Below, in pieces: positions 40,772 to 51,082 of a stretch of DNA of 64,000 nucleotides. The position numbers and the translations under genes are program-made. The number at the start of each line of letters is the position of its first letter. Positions within the stretch are counted from its first letter, which is position 1. Below the pieces are notes generated by a model. It ran no database searches, was not told the origin of the DNA, and was given only the letters and a program-made list of their open reading frames with translations. The stretch comes from Hydrurus foetidus (lineage: Eukaryota): NCBI GenBank assembly GCA_900617105.1, contig UYFQ01000001.1, forward strand, positions 4,526,001 to 4,590,000, read 5' to 3'.

Positions 40772-43111
40772 ATGATTGCCCAAGAATTAGAAGTCAGCTT
40801 GCACATGGCGTTTGTAGAAGCTCGCCAGCAGCGTCACGAGTTCATTACTGTTGAACATTTGCTGTTAGCGTTGCTTGACAACCCCAGCGCCGCCGAAGTG
40901 CTGCGTGCATGTTCAGCCAATGTCGATGATTTGCGCAAAGCATTAAGCAATTTCATCAAAGACAACACCCCGCAAGTCGCGGGCACTGAAGATGTTGATA
41001 CGCAGCCCACACTCGGTTTTCAGCGCGTGATTCAGCGCGCCATCATGCACGTGCAGTCGACCGGCAACGGCAAAAAAGAAGTCACTGGCGCGAATGTGCT
41101 GGTCGCTATTTTTGGTGAAAAAGACTCGCACGCGGTGTATTACCTCCACCAGCAGGGCGTGACGCGACTTGACGTCGTTAACTTTATTGCCCACGGCATT
41201 AAAAAGAGCGACCCCCCCGAGCCTGCCAAGGCCGGCGAAAGCGCGGCTGAAAACGAAGAAGGCGGTTCTGAAAAGAACGAAAAGCAGTCGCCACTCGAGC
41301 AGTACACCCAAAACCTGAACCAGCTTGCCAAAGACGGAAAAATTGACCCGCTGATTGGGCGGCATTATGAAGTTGAGCGTGTCATTCAAATCTTGTGCCG
41401 CCGCCGCAAAAACAACCCACTGCTGGTGGGTGAGGCGGGCGTGGGCAAGACCGCAATCGCTGAGGGCCTGGCTTGGCGCATCACGCAAAAAGATGTGCCG
41501 GAAATTTTGGCTGAGGCGCAGGTTTATTCGCTTGATATGGGCGCCTTGCTGGCCGGTACCAAATACCGGGGTGATTTTGAGCAGCGTTTGAAGGGCGTTT
41601 TGAAGTCGCTTAAAGACAAGCCCAACGGCATTTTGTTCATTGACGAAATTCACACGTTGATTGGCGCGGGTGCGGCTTCTGGCGGCACACTGGACGCTTC
41701 GAATTTGCTCAAACCTGCGCTCAGCTCCGGCCAGCTCAAATGCATCGGCGCAACAACGTTCACTGAATACCGCAGTATTTTTGAAAAAGACGCTGCGTTG
41801 GCGCGGCGTTTTCAGAAGGTCGATGTGGTCGAGCCGACTGTGCAGGAAACGGTCGACATTCTCAAGGGCCTCAAGTCGCGTTTTGAGGAGCACCATAGCG
41901 TGAAGTACGCAGTAGCCGCACTGCAAGCCGCCGCCGAGTTGTCTGCGAAGTACATCAACGACCGCCATTTGCCTGACAAGGCGATTGACGTGATTGACGA
42001 AGCGGGTGCTGCGCAGCGGATTTTGCCGGCGTCAAAGCGCAAGAAGATCATCACTAAAACCGAGGTGGAAGAAATCGTTGCCAAAATCGCCCGCATTCCG
42101 CCCGCCAATGTTTCGAACGATGACCGCGGCAAGCTCAAAACGCTCGAGCGTGATTTGAAAAGCGTGGTGTTCGGCCAAGACAAAGCGCTCGACGTGCTGG
42201 CCAGCGCTGTAAAAATGGCGCGCTCCGGTTTGGGCAAAGACGACAAGCCGATCGGTTCGTTCTTGTTCAGCGGCCCCACCGGCGTTGGTAAAACCGAAGC
42301 CGCCAAGCAGCTGGCCTACATCATGGGCATTGAGCTGATTCGCTTTGACATGAGCGAGTACATGGAGCGCCATGCCGTCAGCCGGCTGATTGGTGCGCCA
42401 CCGGGCTACGTGGGCTTTGACCAAGGCGGTTTGCTGACGGAAGCGGTCACGAAAAAGCCGCATTGCGTTCTGCTGCTTGACGAGATTGAAAAAGCCCACC
42501 CCGACATCTTCAATGTGCTGTTGCAGGTGATGGACCACGGCACGTTGACGGACAACAACGGGCGCAAGGCAGACTTTAGAAACGTCATCATCGTCATGAC
42601 CACCAACGCTGGTGCCGAGACGATGAACAAAGCCACGATTGGCTTTACCAACCCGCGCGAGGCGGGCGACGAGATGGCCGACATCAAGCGCCTCTTTACG
42701 CCAGAGTTCCGCAATCGGCTGGACGCTACCGTCAGCTTCAAGGCGCTCGACGAAATCGTGATTTTGCGGGTGGTCGACAAGTTCTTGCTGCAATTAGAGA
42801 CGCAATTGGCCGAGAAGAAAGTCGAAGTCACCTTTACCGACACGCTGCGCAAATACTTGGGCAAAAAAGGCTTTGATCCGCTGATGGGCGCACGCCCAAT
42901 GCAGCGTTTGATTCAAGACACCATTCGCCGCGCGCTCGCTGATGAGCTGTTGTTTGGCCGCTTGATGGACGGCGGGCGTTTGACGGTGGACGTTAAGGTC
43001 ACGGCAGACGAGAAGGGTGTTGAAAACGGCGAGGTGTTACTAGACATTCAGCCATTGCCGAAAAAAGAAACTAAGGCCAAGCCTGAGGCAGAGTCAGCAG
43101 AAGCCAGTTAA
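40772..43111 (+). CDS. clpA: ATP-dependent Clp protease ATPase ClpA
   Basis: Two AAA+ modules ([16 protein letters not shown]); follows clpS. Confidence 0.97.
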   Translation: MIAQELEVSLHMAFVEARQQRHEFITVEHLLLALLDNPSAAEVLRACSANVDDLRKALSNFIKDNTPQVAGTEDVDTQPTLGFQRVIQRAIMHVQSTGNGKKEVTGANVLVAIFGEKDSHAVYYLHQQGVTRLDVVNFIAHGIKKSDPPEPAKAGESAAENEEGGSEKNEKQSPLEQYTQNLNQLAKDGKIDPLIGRHYEVERVIQILCRRRKNNPLLVGEAGVGKTAIAEGLAWRITQKDVPEILAEAQVYSLDMGALLAGTKYRGDFEQRLKGVLKSLKDKPNGILFIDEIHTLIGAGAASGGTLDASNLLKPALSSGQLKCIGATTFTEYRSIFEKDAALARRFQKVDVVEPTVQETVDILKGLKSRFEEHHSVKYAVAALQAAAELSAKYINDRHLPDKAIDVIDEAGAAQRILPASKRKKIITKTEVEEIVAKIARIPPANVSNDDRGKLKTLERDLKSVVFGQDKALDVLASAVKMARSGLGKDDKPIGSFLFSGPTGVGKTEAAKQLAYIMGIELIRFDMSEYMERHAVSRLIGAPPGYVGFDQGGLLTEAVTKKPHCVLLLDEIEKAHPDIFNVLLQVMDHGTLTDNNGRKADFRNVIIVMTTNAGAETMNKATIGFTNPREAGDEMADIKRLFTPEFRNRLDATVSFKALDEIVILRVVDKFLLQLETQLAEKKVEVTFTDTLRKYLGKKGFDPLMGARPMQRLIQDTIRRALADELLFGRLMDGGRLTVDVKVTADEKGVENGEVLLDIQPLPKKETKAKPEAESAEAS

Positions 43112-43159
43112 TGTGCCGCTGCGGACTCGGTCCGCAGGCCATGCACCCGGCCACCGCTT

Positions 43160-43193
43160 AAAAAGCCGTTAGCATCAAGCTAACGGCTTTTTT
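43160..43193 (+). terminator. Rho-independent terminator
   Basis: AAAAAGCCGTTAGC-ATCAA-GCTAACGGCTTTTTT. Confidence 0.8.
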
Positions 43194-43197
43194 ATTT

Positions 43198-43263
43198 TGC
43201 TACATTACTTATAGCTGCTCGCGCCCGTATTTATTGGGCTATAGGCTTATTTGATACTCCAAA
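43198..43263 (-). repeat. 66-bp dispersed motif copy 11
   Basis: Minus strand TAGCCCAATAAATACGGGCGCGAGCAGCT…TAGC. Confidence 0.9.
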
Positions 43264-43284
43264 ATACCTGAAAACACCTCAAAT

Positions 43285-44757
43285 ATGGCTTCCCACACCT
43301 TTTTATGGCACGACTACGAAACCTTTGGCTTGAACCCACGCCGTGAGCGACCATCGCAGTTTGCGGGCATTAGAACCGACGCTGAGCTCAACGAAATTGG
43401 CGAGCCTGTCATGCTGTATTGCCAGCCCGCCAATGACTATTTGCCAGACCCAGCATCGTGTTTGCTCACCGGCATCACGCCGCAAATTTGCTTGGAGCGC
43501 GGTGTGCCCGAGTACGAATTTGCAGCGCAAATCGAAGCGCTGCTGGCCGCGCCCGATACCATTGGCGTGGGCTACAACTCGATTCGGTTTGACGACGAAG
43601 TCACCCGTCATTTATTCTGGCGCAACCTGATTGACCCGTACGCGCGTGAATGGCAAAACGGCTGTGGCCGTTGGGACATTCAAGACGTGGTGCGCATGGC
43701 CTACGCGTTGCGGCCGGAGGGCGTCGTATGGCCAAGCAAGCCTTATGACCGCAAGCCGAATGACGCAACCGCTACACGTCCAAGCTTCAAGCTCGAAGAC
43801 CTGGCACGCGCCAACGGCTTGCTACACGAAGCCGCGCACGATGCGCTGTCAGACGTGCGCGCAACGATTGCGCTGGCCCGCCTGATTCGCACGGCACAGC
43901 CCAAGCTGTTTGAGTTCTGCCTGAGCCTGCATAAAAAAGATCGTGTGGCTGCAGAGCTGGGCTTTCCGACCAGCCCGCAAACCGCGCAGCCGTTTTTGCA
44001 TGTGTCGGGCATGTTCCCGCCCGAGCGCGGCTGCCTGGCCGTCATGTGGCCGCTGGCCACGCACCCGAGCAACAAGAACGAGTTGCTGGCTTGGGACTTG
44101 GCGCACGACCCGAGCGAGCTGCCGCTGCTGGACATTGCCACGCTGCGCCAGCGGCTGTTTACCAAGCAGTCTGATTTGCCTGAAGGCGTGCAGCGCTTGC
44201 CCATCAAATCCGTGCATTTAAACAAGTCACCGATGGTGGTTAAAAAGCTGAAAACTCTGACTGACGAGATGGCTGCCAGGTGGAACATTGACATTGATGC
44301 AGCACTTGCCAATGCCGAAAAAGCCCGAGCATTACCCGACATGAGCGCCATTTGGCCCGACCTGTTCAATCGCCCATCCGTTGCCGCGCCAGATGTAGAC
44401 GAAGACCTGTACGGCGGCTTCATAGGCAACGCCGACCGCCGCCGTTTGAACCAGCTGCGAGAGTTGTCGCCCGCAGAGTTGGCAGTCAGCCGAGTCGGGT
44501 TTGACGACGACCGATTGGCCGAGCTGGTTTTCAGATACCGCGCGCGTAATTTTCCGCAGACGCTGAACGAGGGCGATCAGGAGCGCTGGGAAGCGCATCG
44601 AGCTGCGCGCCTGCTTGAAGGCGAAGGCGGAGCGCGCAATGTCGATGCGCTGTTTGCGCAGATAGACGAGCTGCAGGAAACCGCTGACGAGCGCGGGGAG
44701 GCGATTTTGGGGTCGCTTTATGACTATGCGGAGTTGATTGCGCCTGAGGCTAATTGA
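43285..44757 (+). CDS. sbcB: exodeoxyribonuclease I
   Basis: WHDYETFG, GYNSIRFDDE, AHDALSDV (DEDDh). Confidence 0.95.
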   Translation: MASHTFLWHDYETFGLNPRRERPSQFAGIRTDAELNEIGEPVMLYCQPANDYLPDPASCLLTGITPQICLERGVPEYEFAAQIEALLAAPDTIGVGYNSIRFDDEVTRHLFWRNLIDPYAREWQNGCGRWDIQDVVRMAYALRPEGVVWPSKPYDRKPNDATATRPSFKLEDLARANGLLHEAAHDALSDVRATIALARLIRTAQPKLFEFCLSLHKKDRVAAELGFPTSPQTAQPFLHVSGMFPPERGCLAVMWPLATHPSNKNELLAWDLAHDPSELPLLDIATLRQRLFTKQSDLPEGVQRLPIKSVHLNKSPMVVKKLKTLTDEMAARWNIDIDAALANAEKARALPDMSAIWPDLFNRPSVAAPDVDEDLYGGFIGNADRRRLNQLRELSPAELAVSRVGFDDDRLAELVFRYRARNFPQTLNEGDQERWEAHRAARLLEGEGGARNVDALFAQIDELQETADERGEAILGSLYDYAELIAPEAN

Positions 44758-44817
44758 TATATAAATTGGGCTGTAACGCAATAATTACGGGCGCGAGCAG
44801 CTCCTGAATTAATAGTG
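44752..44817 (+). repeat. 66-bp dispersed motif copy 12
   Basis: GGCTGTAACGCAATAATTACGGGCGCGAGCAGCT…TAGT. Confidence 0.85.
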
Positions 44818-44922
44818 ATTGAGCTGCTGTTCGAGGTCGCGACTTAATCCAAGCAGATTGCACCTGGTAAGCATTAGCCTCCTAGATTTCGACTGAAGTG
44901 GGTTAAGCGCAGACTCTGGTTT

Positions 44923-44935
44923 TTGTAGATACAAT
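44923..44935. promoter_or_regulatory. putative brnTA operator overlapping a -10 box
   Basis: Palindrome TTGTA-GA-TACAA overlapping TACAAT, just upstream of brnT. Confidence 0.5.
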
Positions 44936-44942
44936 AACCCCT

Positions 44943-45218
44943 ATACGTATTACCTTCGATCCTGCCAAGCGACAGATTGCTTTGGCGGAAAGAGGCTTGG
45001 ATTTCCTGGATGCAGCCATCGTTTTTCAAGGCGTTACTCTGGAAGTCGAAGACATTCGCAAAGCCTATGGCGAGCAGCGAATCATTTGTTTCGGCTTTTT
45101 GGCAGAGCGAATGGTCGTTGTTGGCTACACACCGCGTGGTACGGATCGCCACATATTCAGTATGAGGAAAGCAAATGAACGCGAAAAACTCCGCATTGCC
45201 CCGCTCCTTGACGTCTGA
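44943..45218 (+). CDS. brnT: BrnT family toxin; the expected ATG start reads ATA
   Basis: In-frame (I)RITFDPAKRQIALAERGLDF..YGEQR..IFSMRKANERE; overlaps brnA. Confidence 0.82.
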   Translation: MRITFDPAKRQIALAERGLDFLDAAIVFQGVTLEVEDIRKAYGEQRIICFGFLAERMVVVGYTPRGTDRHIFSMRKANEREKLRIAPLLDV

Positions 45219-45447
45219 CCTCGCGCGGATTGACACACACGTCGTTAAGGCAGCCGAATACGACGAACTTCCTGAACTGGATGAGGCCATGCTGGCGCGT
45301 GCCACCGTCAACCGGGGCGGGCGACCTATATCAACCAATCCGCGCAAACTGCTGTCGATTCGCTTGCCTGCCGATGTGATTGACCGATGGAAGCAAACCG
45401 GGCCGGGCTGGCAAACGCGTATGGCTGAGCGATTGAGTTCTGTTTGA
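45175..45447 (+). CDS. brnA: BrnA family antitoxin
   Basis: GRP..SIRLPADVI..WK.TGPGWQTRM. Confidence 0.88.
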   Translation: MNAKNSALPRSLTSDLARIDTHVVKAAEYDELPELDEAMLARATVNRGGRPISTNPRKLLSIRLPADVIDRWKQTGPGWQTRMAERLSSV

Positions 45448-45550
45448 TTTTTTGAGATGCATTAGCTGAACTGGCTCAAAGAATTCATTCAGCGTTGAGT
45501 GATCTTTATTAGCGTCAGGGGTAGCGGAACATGCTTTTAAGGAAATAACG

Positions 45551-45826
45551 ATGGCGAAAGAAAATGAACAGTACCGCCAGTTGATAGTTGAAAGCTATAT
45601 AGCGGTTAATACGTCTGGGCTGCACGGCGAAGTACACATAAGACCAGTCGACGGTCAAGGGCTATCGAGAAAGTTGCAGGTCGAATGTTCCAAGAAGCTG
45701 TCCCGTAATTTTCCCGTGGGTACACAGTTTCAGATTCGAGCAAAGCTAACAGACCGGGAGGGGGGTGGGGAGTATCTTTACAGTTATCCCGGCTGGCCCG
45801 TTACCGTACTCCCGCTCAAGTGTTGA
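45551..45826 (+). CDS. hypothetical protein
   Basis: 91-aa ORF with an AAGGA RBS; codon use looks atypical. Confidence 0.65.
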   Translation: MAKENEQYRQLIVESYIAVNTSGLHGEVHIRPVDGQGLSRKLQVECSKKLSRNFPVGTQFQIRAKLTDREGGGEYLYSYPGWPVTVLPLKC

Positions 45827-45828
45827 AC

Positions 45829-46488
45829 TTAAAAATGGATAGAGCAAGTTTTGTAAGACCACGGCTTGTGTTTCGCCATTGCCGCTTCGAACAACTCGCT
45901 GCTCTCAAATCGTTCTAGCCAAGTCCGCAACATCGGCCAAGGCTGCGCTGCAAACCAAGCCGTATCCGCATGCGCAAACTGGCGCACGAAGGGCAGGGTG
46001 GCCATGTCTGCCAGGCTGGGTTGGTTGCCGAATAACCAGCCTTGACTTAATCGTGACTGCAGCGTTCGCAGCCAACTTGCAGCTTCAAAGCGCTGCGCTT
46101 GAGCAAACGCACGCACGTCACCGCCAGACTCCAGCGGGTAACGGTTTGGGTATTTGTAGCGGTCTAGCGCGTGTTTGAATCGCCCGTCGTTGGCTGCAAT
46201 CAACGCCAGCATCTCGTCCAACGCGCTTTGGGTTAGCCAACCCTCCGGGTCGTTCTGTGCCAGCGCCCAGCGCATGATGTCCAGGCTTTCGTCTATGACT
46301 TCGCGGCTTGGCAGTATGAGAACGGGCACGGTGCCTTTGGGCGACGCTGCCAGCAGTTCTGGTGGTTTGCTTTTCAAAGACACCTCACGCAGGTCGTATG
46401 GCACGCCGCTGACTTGCAAAGCCAGCCTTGCACGAATGGCATATGGGCAGCGCCTGAAACTGTACAGAATGGGCAGTGCTGCAGTCAC
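45829..46488 (-). CDS. glutathione S-transferase family protein
   Basis: YSFRRCPYA.RAR, SPKGTVPVL, ESLDIM. Confidence 0.9.
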   Translation of the reverse strand: MTAALPILYSFRRCPYAIRARLALQVSGVPYDLREVSLKSKPPELLAASPKGTVPVLILPSREVIDESLDIMRWALAQNDPEGWLTQSALDEMLALIAANDGRFKHALDRYKYPNRYPLESGGDVRAFAQAQRFEAASWLRTLQSRLSQGWLFGNQPSLADMATLPFVRQFAHADTAWFAAQPWPMLRTWLERFESSELFEAAMAKHKPWSYKTCSIHF

Positions 46489-47462
46489 GGTTTTTGCGAC
46501 GTGGTTTTCCCAGCGCTCCGTGCTGTTTCCTGTTTTGCACCGATATGTGCCTGCTTGCGCAACTCAGCCAAATCAACCTGCTTCTGCCGCTGCCGGTAAC
46601 CGGCTTTTTGCACATCTGTCGTGGCGCCATGGCAACCCGGGCAGCTCACGCCGCGCTCGTACAAGGGCGAAGCCATCGCCTCGTTGGTAATCGGGTCGCG
46701 GCACGACCTGCACAGCGCCAAGCCGCCTTCAAGCAAACCGTGGCCTACCGATACGCGCTCGTCGAATACAAAGCACTGACCTTGCCAGGTGCTTTGGGCT
46801 TCGGGCACGGTCTCCAGGTATTTCAAAATGCCGCCCTGCAGGTGATACACCTCGTCAAAGCCTTTGGACTTTAAAAACGCGGTGGACTTTTCACACCGGA
46901 TGCCGCCTGTGCAAAACATGGCGACTTTGGGTTTGACCCCGCCCACTTCAGCCAGTTTGCCGCCGGGCTGCATTTGCGCATCGACCCACGCGGGCAGTTC
47001 TGAAAAGCTGGTGGTGGCCGGGTTAATTGCACCTGCAAACGTGCCGATGGACACTTCGTAGTCATTGCGCGTGTCGACCAGCACCACGCCGGGTTGCTCG
47101 ATCAGCTCGTTCCACGCTTCAGGCTTCACGTACTGCCCGGCCATCAACGCTGGGTGCACATCGGGCACGCCCAGCGTGACGATTTCTTTTTTTAGCCGCA
47201 CCTTCATGCGGTAAAACGGCATGGCGCTGGCCCATGATTCTTTGTGCTCTAACGCAGCCAAGCGTGCATCGCTGCGCAAATAAGTCAGCACTGCGTGCAC
47301 GTCATCTTGCCGCCCAGCTATCGTGCCGTTGATGCCTTCCGCCGCGAGCAGCAGCGTGCCTTTGATTCCATGCGCCTCACACACGGCCAGCAGCGGCGCT
47401 TGCATTGCCGCATAGTCGGGCAACTCGACAAACTTGTACAGGGCAGCGGTAAGGAACGGCAT
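46485..47462 (-). CDS. trhO: rhodanese-domain tRNA U34 hydroxylase (YceA/TrhO family)
   Basis: EGINGTIAG, DTRNDYE..GTF, FCTGGIRCEKS, LQGGILKYL, CFVFDER. Confidence 0.9.
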   Translation of the reverse strand: MPFLTAALYKFVELPDYAAMQAPLLAVCEAHGIKGTLLLAAEGINGTIAGRQDDVHAVLTYLRSDARLAALEHKESWASAMPFYRMKVRLKKEIVTLGVPDVHPALMAGQYVKPEAWNELIEQPGVVLVDTRNDYEVSIGTFAGAINPATTSFSELPAWVDAQMQPGGKLAEVGGVKPKVAMFCTGGIRCEKSTAFLKSKGFDEVYHLQGGILKYLETVPEAQSTWQGQCFVFDERVSVGHGLLEGGLALCRSCRDPITNEAMASPLYERGVSCPGCHGATTDVQKAGYRQRQKQVDLAELRKQAHIGAKQETARSAGKTTSQKP

Positions 47463-47477
47463 TTAAGTATGAATATT

Positions 47478-47543
47478 TGCTATATAAATAATAGCTGCTT
47501 GCGCCCGTATTTATTGAGCTACAGGCCTAAAAGATCTCTATTT
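47478..47543 (-). repeat. 66-bp dispersed motif copy 13
   Basis: Minus strand TAGCTCAATAAATACGGGCGCAAGCAGCT…TAGC. Confidence 0.9.
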
Positions 47544-48479
47544 TAGGCGTTTTTTAGTGTTCTTACGCTTTGAACCAGCTGGGGCGCCTGAATCGCGCAA
47601 GATGCTCTGCATCAACGTGCGCACCTTGTCCATCAACGGTGGCTCGGTGCGGGCGGCAATTGTTACCAAGCCAAAACGTGCGGTGGCGCTCAAAGGTGGC
47701 GACAAGCGCAGCTCCACCAAGTCGGGCGCGGCGGCGCGGATGGTCAGCACCACCGCATCGCTGCGCCGCACCACTTCGAGCAGGCTGGAGATTTCTTCAG
47801 AACGCAGGTTAACCAGCTTGTCGGGGTGCGCCTCTGGGCCGAAGCGCTCCATCAAAATTCGCGCCACTTCATCGCTGAGTGGGGTCGATGCAATCGGGTA
47901 GCGGCGCAGCTCGGCAAACGGTATGTTGCGTTTACCGCCTTCACTGGCCAAAGGGTGACCGGGCCGGCACATAAAAGCGCCCTGCATTTCTGGAAGCGCC
48001 TCAACCTTCAAATCAGGCGAAGGTTGCAATGAGCGAATGTCCAAAATCAGTGCGTCCAGCAGGCGCTCTTGCAGCGCTTGCACCAGCAGCGTGGTGCTGC
48101 CGCGCGAAATGTCGATATGCGCCTTAGGGTGGTCGGTGGCCATCAGCATCATCAGCGGGGTCATCAGCATGGCGCCGGGGCCAGAACCCATGCCAATGCG
48201 GATTTGGCCCATCTCCCCCTTTTTCAACTGCACGCCGGTTTGGCGCAGCTCGTTGGCTTCGTCTACCAAAGCTCTGGCGCGCTGCACGATGTGCGTGCCA
48301 AAAGCCGTCAACTCATTTTTATGGCCAATGCGGTCGAACAATTTTTGGCCCAGTTCATCCTCAAGCGCGGCAATGCTGCGGCTCAGCGCGGGCTGCGTCA
48401 GGTGCAGTTTGACGGCTGCCTGGCTGAACGAGCCGGTGGCGGCCAGCTCAATCAAATGCCGGAGTTGAACCAGGGTCAT
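47538..48479 (-). CDS. LysR family transcriptional regulator
   Basis: GSFSQAA..LHLTQPALSRSI..LE HTH. Confidence 0.93.
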   Translation of the reverse strand: MTLVQLRHLIELAATGSFSQAAVKLHLTQPALSRSIAALEDELGQKLFDRIGHKNELTAFGTHIVQRARALVDEANELRQTGVQLKKGEMGQIRIGMGSGPGAMLMTPLMMLMATDHPKAHIDISRGSTTLLVQALQERLLDALILDIRSLQPSPDLKVEALPEMQGAFMCRPGHPLASEGGKRNIPFAELRRYPIASTPLSDEVARILMERFGPEAHPDKLVNLRSEEISSLLEVVRRSDAVVLTIRAAAPDLVELRLSPPLSATARFGLVTIAARTEPPLMDKVRTLMQSILRDSGAPAGSKRKNTKKRLK

Positions 48480-48601
48480 GTTGGCTCCTATCTATTCATT
48501 AAAGTTATAAAAATCAATATAACAATGCATTAGACATTATAAAAACGCCTGACTACGATGCATCTGCCACCCATTTAACAACTACTTTTAAAGGCAGAGA
48601 C

Positions 48602-49588
48602 ATGACTAACTCACTTCACCGCTACGCCGCTTTGCTTGGCGGTTTTCTGCTTGCAGGTGCCGCTTGCGCGCAAACTTACCCCACCAAGCCCGTCACATTG
48701 ATGGTGCCTTACCCCGCAGGCGGTTTGTCTGACGTGATTGCCCGCACCGTGAACACCACGCTGGCTAAAAACATGGGCCAGCCCGTGTTGGTTGAAAACT
48801 TGGGCGGTGCCAGCGGCGCGATTGGCGCGCAAAAAGTACTGAGTGCACCGTCTGATGGGCAAATGATTTTTCAAGGCTCGCCTAACGAATTGATTTTGGC
48901 GCCGCTGGCTATTTCGGCTGTCAAATACAAAAGCGAAGACTTCCGTTTAGTGCAAATGATTGCCACCGCGCAAATCGGTTTTGTCACGCGCAAAGATTTG
49001 CCCGTCAATACAGTGGATGAATTTTTGGACTACGCCCGCAAAGAAGCCAGTGGCGGGCGACCCATCACTTACGCCAGCGTGGGGCCCGGCACTTTCTACC
49101 ATTTGCTGGGCGAGCAATTGTCTAAAGTCACCAACATACCGATGACGCACGTGCCGTACAAAGGCATTGCGCCAGCGCTGCAAGACGTGATGGGCGGCCA
49201 GGTCGACATCTTTTTGGCGCCGATGGGCAAAGCCAATGTTGAGCTGCAAAAGCAGGGCAAGCTCAAAGTGCTGGCCATGCTGAACAGTGAGCGTGTAGAG
49301 GCATTTAAAGACTACCCGGCGATTAGCGAAAGCAAGTCTTTGAAGAACTTCACCTTCAATATCTGGACGGGGTACTTTGTGAAAAAAGACACGCCGGAGC
49401 CGATTGTTCAAGTGATCTACAAAGCCATCACCGACACGCTGTCTGACGCCACCGTGCGCGGCGGCCTGGAGGCCAACAGCCAAATGGTGGCCAAGCCGCT
49501 GTCGTTGCAGGCCATGGACAAGGCCTATGCGGATGGCACCGCGCAGTTCCGCGGCATTGCCAAAGCGATTAATTTGCAGCCGCAGTAA
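48602..49588 (+). CDS. Bug/TctC tripartite tricarboxylate transporter binding protein
   Basis: YPTKPV..VPYPAGG..D..AR, VEN.GGASG, HVPYKG. Confidence 0.92.
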   Translation: MTNSLHRYAALLGGFLLAGAACAQTYPTKPVTLMVPYPAGGLSDVIARTVNTTLAKNMGQPVLVENLGGASGAIGAQKVLSAPSDGQMIFQGSPNELILAPLAISAVKYKSEDFRLVQMIATAQIGFVTRKDLPVNTVDEFLDYARKEASGGRPITYASVGPGTFYHLLGEQLSKVTNIPMTHVPYKGIAPALQDVMGGQVDIFLAPMGKANVELQKQGKLKVLAMLNSERVEAFKDYPAISESKSLKNFTFNIWTGYFVKKDTPEPIVQVIYKAITDTLSDATVRGGLEANSQMVAKPLSLQAMDKAYADGTAQFRGIAKAINLQPQ

Positions 49589-49600
49589 GGTAGGCCGAGC

Positions 49601-50782
49601 ATGAGCTACATGGGTAATGCGCTGGTTAGTAAGGTGGGTGAATTTATTCAGCTGCGGCGGGACATTCATCGCCACCCCGAGCTGGCTTTTCAAGAACACC
49701 GCACTTCTGACCTGGTAGCGGCCAAATTAGAAGGCTGGGGCTACACCGTGAACCGCGGTTTGGGCGGCACGGGTGTGGTGGGTGTTTTAAAGCGCGGGAG
49801 AAGTGTGCTGAGCCTGGGTATTCGCGCCGACATGGATGCGCTGCCGATTACGGAGGCCACCGGCCTGGACTGGGCCAGCAGCAAGCCGGGTTTGATGCAC
49901 GCCTGCGGCCATGACGGGCACACCGCCATGCTGCTGGCGGCAGCTAAATCAATAGCCGCTGATGCAAACTTTGAAGGCACGCTGAACCTGATTTTTCAGC
50001 CCGCAGAAGAAGGCGGCGGCGGCGCGGTGCGCATGATGGACGATGGCTTGTTTAGCCAGCACCCGTGCGATGCCGTATTCGCCATGCACAACATGCCGGG
50101 CGTACCTGCAGGGCATTTTTTGTTTCGCGATGGCGCGGCCATGGCGTCTAGCGACTACGCCACCATTCGCATACACGGCACAGGCGGCCATGGCGCCATG
50201 CCGCATCGTGCGGCAGATCCCTTGGTAGCAAGCGCGTCAATCATCATGGCACTGCAAACCGTGGTGTCGCGCAATGTTGATCCGCTGCACACCGCCGTAG
50301 TCACCGTCGGCGCGCTGCACGCGGGCAACGCGAACAACGTGATACCGGCGATGGCAACGATGGAGATGAGCGTGCGTGCGCTAGGTCCCGACGTGCGGCT
50401 GCTGCTTGAGCAGCGCATCAAGGCGCTTGTCAATGCACAAGCGGAAAGTTTTGGCGTGCGGGCAGAAATTGATTGGCGCAAGGGCTACTGCGTGCTGGTC
50501 AACCATGCAAGTGAAACCGACTTCGCACGGCAGGTGGCGCTTGATTTGGTAGGGCCAGATCGCGTGATTTTGAACGGCCCGCAACTGACGGGCAGCGAAG
50601 ACTTCGCCTTCATGCTGGAGAAAATCCCCGGTAGCTATTTGCTGATTGGCAATGGTGATGGCGACTCAGCGGGTGCGTGCATGGTGCATAACCCGGTGTA
50701 TGACTTCAATGACGACAACATTGCCGTGGGCAGCGCGTATTGGGCGGCGTTGGTCAACGCGTTTTTTGCACGTAAAATCTAA
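49601..50782 (+). CDS. M20D amidohydrolase (hippurate hydrolase-like)
   Basis: RRDIHRHPEL, RADMDAL, MHACGHDGH, FQPAEE, GSEDF. Confidence 0.9.
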   Translation: MSYMGNALVSKVGEFIQLRRDIHRHPELAFQEHRTSDLVAAKLEGWGYTVNRGLGGTGVVGVLKRGRSVLSLGIRADMDALPITEATGLDWASSKPGLMHACGHDGHTAMLLAAAKSIAADANFEGTLNLIFQPAEEGGGGAVRMMDDGLFSQHPCDAVFAMHNMPGVPAGHFLFRDGAAMASSDYATIRIHGTGGHGAMPHRAADPLVASASIIMALQTVVSRNVDPLHTAVVTVGALHAGNANNVIPAMATMEMSVRALGPDVRLLLEQRIKALVNAQAESFGVRAEIDWRKGYCVLVNHASETDFARQVALDLVGPDRVILNGPQLTGSEDFAFMLEKIPGSYLLIGNGDGDSAGACMVHNPVYDFNDDNIAVGSAYWAALVNAFFARKI

Positions 50783-50805
50783 GTATTGAATTCGACTTCG
50801 TGTCG

Positions 50806-51020
50806 ACATGTGATCGGGAGAGACTGCCAGCGCCAATCGACAAAAATGGCATGTGGGCAGCGCCGAAGGAGCAACCGCCCCGGAAACTCTCAGGCAAAAG
50901 AACCGATCACCTGCAACTACTCTGAAGAGCTGCTGGCATCGTCTGCCAGCGCACCGAAGGAGCAAACGATGCGTCGTATACGCGCATCGTGAATCTCTCA
51001 GGTCCAGAACAGAGGGGGCG
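50806..51020 (+). ncRNA. tandem glycine riboswitch
   Basis: Two aptamers: GGAGAG…CGCCGAAGGAGCAA…CTCTCAGG and TGAAGAG…CACCGAAGGAGCAA…CTCTCAGG. Confidence 0.92.
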
Positions 51021-51082
51021 CTTTGGTTATGCGGCTTGCATGGCAGAGCTCCACCCCCCGACGTTTTGAAAGCACCTGATTC

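Noticed and set aside
40943..42864. Long antisense ORFs opposite clpA (similar ones oppose other core genes)
   Set aside because: Expected shadow ORFs from codon bias in GC-rich genes; no independent motifs.
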